This document shows positions 56,351 through 60,881 of a DNA stretch of 60,881 nucleotides, in pieces (position 1 is the first letter of the stretch; each line of letters starts with the position of its first letter). The position numbers were made by a program, and so were the translations under genes. The notes beneath the pieces were generated by a model. That model made no database searches. It was not told the DNA's origin and saw nothing but the letters and a program-made list of their open reading frames with translations. The DNA comes from Candidatus Ancaeobacter aquaticus (GTDB lineage: Bacteria; Auribacterota; Ancaeobacteria; Ancaeobacterales; Ancaeobacteraceae), in contig JAVCCP010000060.1 in the NCBI GenBank assembly GCA_030765405.1, forward strand, positions 1 to 60,881, in the 5' to 3' direction.

Positions 56351-56415
56351 ATGAAGAAACAGATAGCTATCAGCCAAAGCTTCTGTTTCGACTGATAGCC
56401 ATCGAGGCAGGAATA

Positions 56416-57186
56416 TTATTTACTTGCTTTTATATCTTCTTTACAATTTTTAATTAAGTCTTTATCGTGTTTTACTTCATCTTTACCTTTAGCATATTTT
56501 AAAGCTTTACGATAACATTCTATTGCTTTTCCATGTTCTTTTTTCCACCAAAACCTATGCCCTAATATATTATATGTAATTCTGCGAATACTTTGAGGAA
56601 CTTTCTTCATAGATAAAAGTTTGTTAGCATATTCATCCGCTTTTTTTTCATCCTGTAATTTCCAATACACGGTTACCAAATTAGAAAGAGCCAAACAATA
56701 ATAATATTTATCAAATTCCGAATTTGGATTATTTTTATATATCTCTATTATCTGATTGGCATACTGACGTTCTTTATTGAATTCATCTAAGTTTTCGCAT
56801 GAAATACATAATTCGGTTAATATTTTTATTTTTAATTCAACAGATGTGTTATTGCAATTCAGAGCATTGTTAAGATATTTCATCGCTAATTTGAATTTTT
56901 CTTTATCACTATATGAAGATGCTATATAATACAGAACTTCAGATTTCTTACTTTTACTTCTTAGTTTTAAAGACGTCTTTAATAACTTTATCGCTTCATC
57001 TGGAAAATCTTTTAAATAAGCTAGTTTTCCATAAAGGAAAAAAAATTCACCTAATTCAGTTTTTGATAATTTTCTTAAGTCTTCTTTTTTAATCGAATTT
57101 ATTAATTTAGTAGCTTTATCCAAATTTTCATTACCACCATCCATCATTAAATCGTAAACTTTCTGAACTGTTTTCATTACGTTCAT
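56416..57186 (-). CDS. Putative cognate immunity protein (TPR) of the RHS protein
   Basis: Starts 10 nt after the RHS stop (TAGGGAGGTTTTATG); TPR helices. Confidence 0.8.
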   Translation of the reverse strand: MNVMKTVQKVYDLMMDGGNENLDKATKLINSIKKEDLRKLSKTELGEFFFLYGKLAYLKDFPDEAIKLLKTSLKLRSKSKKSEVLYYIASSYSDKEKFKLAMKYLNNALNCNNTSVELKIKILTELCISCENLDEFNKERQYANQIIEIYKNNPNSEFDKYYYCLALSNLVTVYWKLQDEKKADEYANKLLSMKKVPQSIRRITYNILGHRFWWKKEHGKAIECYRKALKYAKGKDEVKHDKDLIKNCKEDIKASK

Positions 57187-57195
57187 AAAACCTCC

Positions 57196-60100
57196 CTACT
57201 TATCAGTCCTCAACTGATCAGCAAAATCCATGGTCTGACCTATTGCTTTAACAGCATTATTTATTGCTCGACCCGTTTTCGTCTTGTACTTATCCTGTTG
57301 TGGATTTATTTCATTAACTTTTTCATTTATATAATCACGATTTTTCTCCGGTGATACTAGTTTGGGCTCATCTCTATCTTTTGATTTTTGAACTTTTCTA
57401 TCATTTTTTTCTTTTTCTCTTTCATCACTCTTATTCCAATCTTCCTTACCACCTTTCCCTTTTTCGCTTTTATTAATAAAATCATCCGTACTTGGCCTGT
57501 CTATCGGCACTCCTTCCTGCTCATCAGGGATATCCGGTACCGGCTCGACTATCATCAGTGGTGCCGGTTCTTCTATTGGTATACCTTCATCCTGTGGCGG
57601 CGGCTCGTATATTGGTTCAACTATCCTTGGCGGGCTAGGCTCATCTGTTGGAATACCCTCCCCTGTATCAGGGGGCTCCGTTATCGTTGCAGGAGATGTT
57701 GGCGTACCTGATGGAGGAGGGACCGGATTATTAGGAATCGATGGTCCTTGTGGTGGAATTGTACCACTTCCAAGTCTATCTCCACCTGTGCCGCCATCCA
57801 TTGAACCCCCGTCCTTCGAACTCCCGGGAAATAAACTCGATATTAAATCTATTATCCAACCTACTATAGATGGGGGAGGCGAAACACCAGGAGGAACATC
57901 CGGTGGAGTAGGTGGCGTTGCGGGTGAAATAACAGGAGGAGTAAATCCAAGAGGAAGAGTTGATGCTTCAGTCTCTGGAAATAGCCAATCAAATATCTCA
58001 TCACTCCATGAGCGGCCGTCGTCTACACATAACCCTAAAGGATCTATCCACCTTATGGGATTATTTCTTGTATAGATATATAGATTTATCCCATCCGTCA
58101 TTCCAAGAGGATCAGGTTGTGTGAATCTACCCAATGCCGGATTATAATACCTCGCCCTATAGTAATATAACCCTGTAGATGAGTCTAATTCACGGCTTGT
58201 GTATCTGAAATCCGTTGCGGTCTTGGTTCCAATGAAGGTTAATTCACCTCCGGCTCCGCCTTCGGCGGACAAACCCTCATTGGAAGTTGGACCTGCTAAA
58301 AGTCCAAAAGGGGCATAACCATACCTCTGTTTTATATCTCCATCATTGCTTAATATCGCACTTACCGAGTTTTGACCATCCTGAAGATAATATAAATCTT
58401 CTCTATCCTTTCCTGATCTTACAGACAATAGTTCATCTATACCCGTCCCATTTAATATCTCCGATGTTATTTTACTTTTTTCATCTAACATCAGTAAGAT
58501 ATTTGAACCGTCATAAAAATATCTTGTGCTTTTACCTTCTTCAACCTTTTTTATCCTTCTACCAAACAAGTCATAAGAAAACTCCGCAATGCTTCTACCG
58601 TTTTTTACAACATTAACCAACTTATTTTCATAATTATACACGTATATTATTCTTCTATCACCTCTTGTCTCTTCTATTAAATTTCCGTTCGTATCATATT
58701 TATATAAAATCTTTTCAGAGTCTCCATTATTCCCTTTTACAAATCCGGGTATCTTTTTTAAAAGCTCTATTAACCGGTTTGCGGGATTATATGTACAATT
58801 TATTTCTGAGCTAACGATTCCTGTTTCTGTCTTCGTATTCTTAACTAATTTGATCCTATTGCCATTCTCGTCATAAAAATAGTTCTCGCTGCTTCCGTCA
58901 GGATATTCTGCCTGTATCAACTGGTTATTCTTGTCATAGGTATACGCGATCGTCTCAAACAAAACCTTAACTGTTTTTCTATTGTCTGCTTTATCATAAC
59001 TGTATTCATAGCTGTCTATGATATCTCCGCTGTTATTTCTTGACTCAATCAACGTAAGATTACCGCCCATATCATATGTGTAGTTTGATGTAATCCCATT
59101 TGAAAATATCTTCTTTAACTTCCGCCCCAATTTGTTATATGTATATTTAACATTCTTACCCTTGCTTTCAATTTCTTTAACCCTGTTTATCTTATTGTAA
59201 CTGTAGTTTACACGAATATCATTTCCTACAGTCATTCTTGTCTTGTTACCGTTTAAATCGTAAACATATTCAATTTCACTACCCCCTGTTTTTACATTAA
59301 TAACCCTATTAAAATTATCGTAACCAAGCTCGATTTCATCTTTATCTTCTGAGGCAATACTCGTAAGATTACCTTTGTTGTCATACTTATATAATACCGC
59401 CAAACCGTTACTCAAGAGCTTCTTTGTCATTCTGCCAACCGTATCATACTCAAATATAACCTTTGCATCTTCAGCAACCCCAGCAGAAATAAGTTTATCT
59501 GCATGATTATATGCATATAAAACTTCATAACCCATTTGGTCTTTCCTGCTAACTAATTTGTTCGCCTTATTATATTTATAACTTGTCTCTCCTCCTTTCG
59601 GATCAATTAGCCTCGTTAAATTACCAACAGGATCATATTCTTTTCTTATCTTATTGCCTTCTCCATCGGTTATTTGTATGACCCTATTCAATGAATCGTA
59701 AACATAACAAATCTTATTCTCATTTCCGTCAATCAATTCAATCAAATTCCCTGCTGCGTCATATTTATATTTCAGCAGGATGCCGTTTGGCTGGATAACC
59801 TTGATTATTCTGTCTAATTCATTATATTCATAAGAGACCGTAGCGCCTTGGGCGTTTATGCTCTTTATCAGTTTCCCGTAATCATCATACACATTCTTTG
59901 TCTTTGCGCCCAGCGCGTCCGTTACATCTTCCAGGTTGTTCCACCAGTCTTTTGTATATTCAAACCTTGTTACATTGCCCAGTGCATCCTTTATTGACGT
60001 GACATTATCAAACGGGTCATACGCCATCCTTATTACCACTCTTTTGCCGCCGCCCGCCTTCCTGAACATCCTTATCAGTCTTCCTTTAGGGTTATACGCA

Positions 60101-60881
60101 TATCTTGTCGTATTACCGTTCGGATCAACATATACCGTTACCCTCCCTATACCGTCAGTCCTGTATTTTTCCACTATTGTGTCTTCAGGGCCGTCCCCCA
60201 GGTGTCTTGTTATTTTTATAATATTTCCTTTTTTATCATACATAATGGACGTCATGTTATCCAAAGGATCTATTATTGCTGTCGGCTGACCATTCTTATC
60301 GTTCAGAAACTTCGTCTTTCCGCCCTCAGCGTTTATTGCCTCTTCGAGGTTTCCCCTTGTATCATAATTGAATATTGTCTTTGCTCCCTTTTCATTTATT
60401 ATTTCGGTTAATTTGTTTATCTCTCTTTTATACTTGAACCTTACTTTGCCGCCCAGAGGATTTATCATCTCCGTTATGTTTCCTCTGTTGTCGTAGCTGT
60501 ATTTATACACATTCCCGTTTTTATCCCTGAATTTTATCAGGTTATTATCACCGTCATATTCACTCTCTGTGTAATTCCCTAATACATCTATTTCTTTTGT
60601 TATTTTATTATCCTCATTATAGTAATATTCCTTCTTCTTTTTATCACCCTGGTAAAATTCCACTTTCATTGCACCATCATCGTATTTAAAACTGAATAAT
60701 TTCTGCCCGTTTTTGCTGCCCTGTTCTATTACCCTGTGCTTTTTATCATACTTCGTAATTACCTCTACTCCGTCAGAATATGTCTTCTCTATAAGATTGT
60801 GTTTTCTGTCATACTTATATTTTATCTGGCGCCCCATTACATCTGTTACTTTTACCAGATACTTCGCGTAATATTTATTCA
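57196..60881 (-). CDS. RHS/YD-repeat protein (polymorphic toxin type), 5' end beyond the window
   Basis: Many YD repeats; core end LYYYRARYYNPALGRFTQPDP..NLYIYTRNNPIRWIDPLGL; frame stays open from 60837 to the window edge (NKYYAKYLVKVTDV). Confidence 0.93.
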   Translation of the reverse strand, partial: NKYYAKYLVKVTDVMGRQIKYKYDRKHNLIEKTYSDGVEVITKYDKKHRVIEQGSKNGQKLFSFKYDDGAMKVEFYQGDKKKKEYYYNEDNKITKEIDVLGNYTESEYDGDNNLIKFRDKNGNVYKYSYDNRGNITEMINPLGGKVRFKYKREINKLTEIINEKGAKTIFNYDTRGNLEEAINAEGGKTKFLNDKNGQPTAIIDPLDNMTSIMYDKKGNIIKITRHLGDGPEDTIVEKYRTDGIGRVTVYVDPNGNTTRYAYNPKGRLIRMFRKAGGGKRVVIRMAYDPFDNVTSIKDALGNVTRFEYTKDWWNNLEDVTDALGAKTKNVYDDYGKLIKSINAQGATVSYEYNELDRIIKVIQPNGILLKYKYDAAGNLIELIDGNENKICYVYDSLNRVIQITDGEGNKIRKEYDPVGNLTRLIDPKGGETSYKYNKANKLVSRKDQMGYEVLYAYNHADKLISAGVAEDAKVIFEYDTVGRMTKKLLSNGLAVLYKYDNKGNLTSIASEDKDEIELGYDNFNRVINVKTGGSEIEYVYDLNGNKTRMTVGNDIRVNYSYNKINRVKEIESKGKNVKYTYNKLGRKLKKIFSNGITSNYTYDMGGNLTLIESRNNSGDIIDSYEYSYDKADNRKTVKVLFETIAYTYDKNNQLIQAEYPDGSSENYFYDENGNRIKLVKNTKTETGIVSSEINCTYNPANRLIELLKKIPGFVKGNNGDSEKILYKYDTNGNLIEETRGDRRIIYVYNYENKLVNVVKNGRSIAEFSYDLFGRRIKKVEEGKSTRYFYDGSNILLMLDEKSKITSEILNGTGIDELLSVRSGKDREDLYYLQDGQNSVSAILSNDGDIKQRYGYAPFGLLAGPTSNEGLSAEGGAGGELTFIGTKTATDFRYTSRELDSSTGLYYYRARYYNPALGRFTQPDPLGMTDGINLYIYTRNNPIRWIDPLGLCVDDGRSWSDEIFDWLFPETEASTLPLGFTPPVISPATPPTPPDVPPGVSPPPSIVGWIIDLISSLFPGSSKDGGSMDGGTGGDRLGSGTIPPQGPSIPNNPVPPPSGTPTSPATITEPPDTGEGIPTDEPSPPRIVEPIYEPPPQDEGIPIEEPAPLMIVEPVPDIPDEQEGVPIDRPSTDDFINKSEKGKGGKEDWNKSDEREKEKNDRKVQKSKDRDEPKLVSPEKNRDYINEKVNEINPQQDKYKTKTGRAINNAVKAIGQTMDFADQLRTDK

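Noticed and set aside
47603..60881. Prophage or integrative element
   Set aside because: No integrase, transposase, phage structural gene, tRNA or att duplication is visible

Overview
Low-GC bacterial chromosomal window with about 55 credible CDSs, mostly on the minus strand. I saw no rRNA, tRNA, CRISPR array, integrase or transposase. PEP-CTERM proteins, OprB porins, a chlamydial/spirochaete-type V-ATPase, a histone H1-like protein and radical SAM/LarA enzymes suggest a diderm, probably anaerobic organism of PVC-like or candidate-phylum type (inference only). 1-47.6 kb is a housekeeping/metabolic mosaic: MTase-LarA-AmrS cluster, 7-PAS kinase with receivers, maltodextrin MFS-malQ-OprB operon, zwf-pgl, RsbU-type phosphatase, a pentameric ligand-gated ion channel, and a V-ATPase operon in the order B-D-I-K-E-DUF2764-A. 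47.7-60.9 kb looks like an accessory, decaying region: a Fur-box-led redox operon with three pseudogenes, an RNase J-like fragment, and an RHS protein whose 5' end lies beyond the window. Two observations stand out. (1) A 156-bp, ~91%-identical inverted repeat brackets V-ATPase D-I-K-E-DUF2764-A, with a promoter facing into its left copy, so it is a candidate invertible or antisense switch. (2) The RHS protein has an unrecognised C-terminal tip followed by three paralogous TPR putative immunity genes; the second and third are preceded by shorter, amber-interrupted copies of the same tip. Alignments and counts were done by eye and need computational confirmation.
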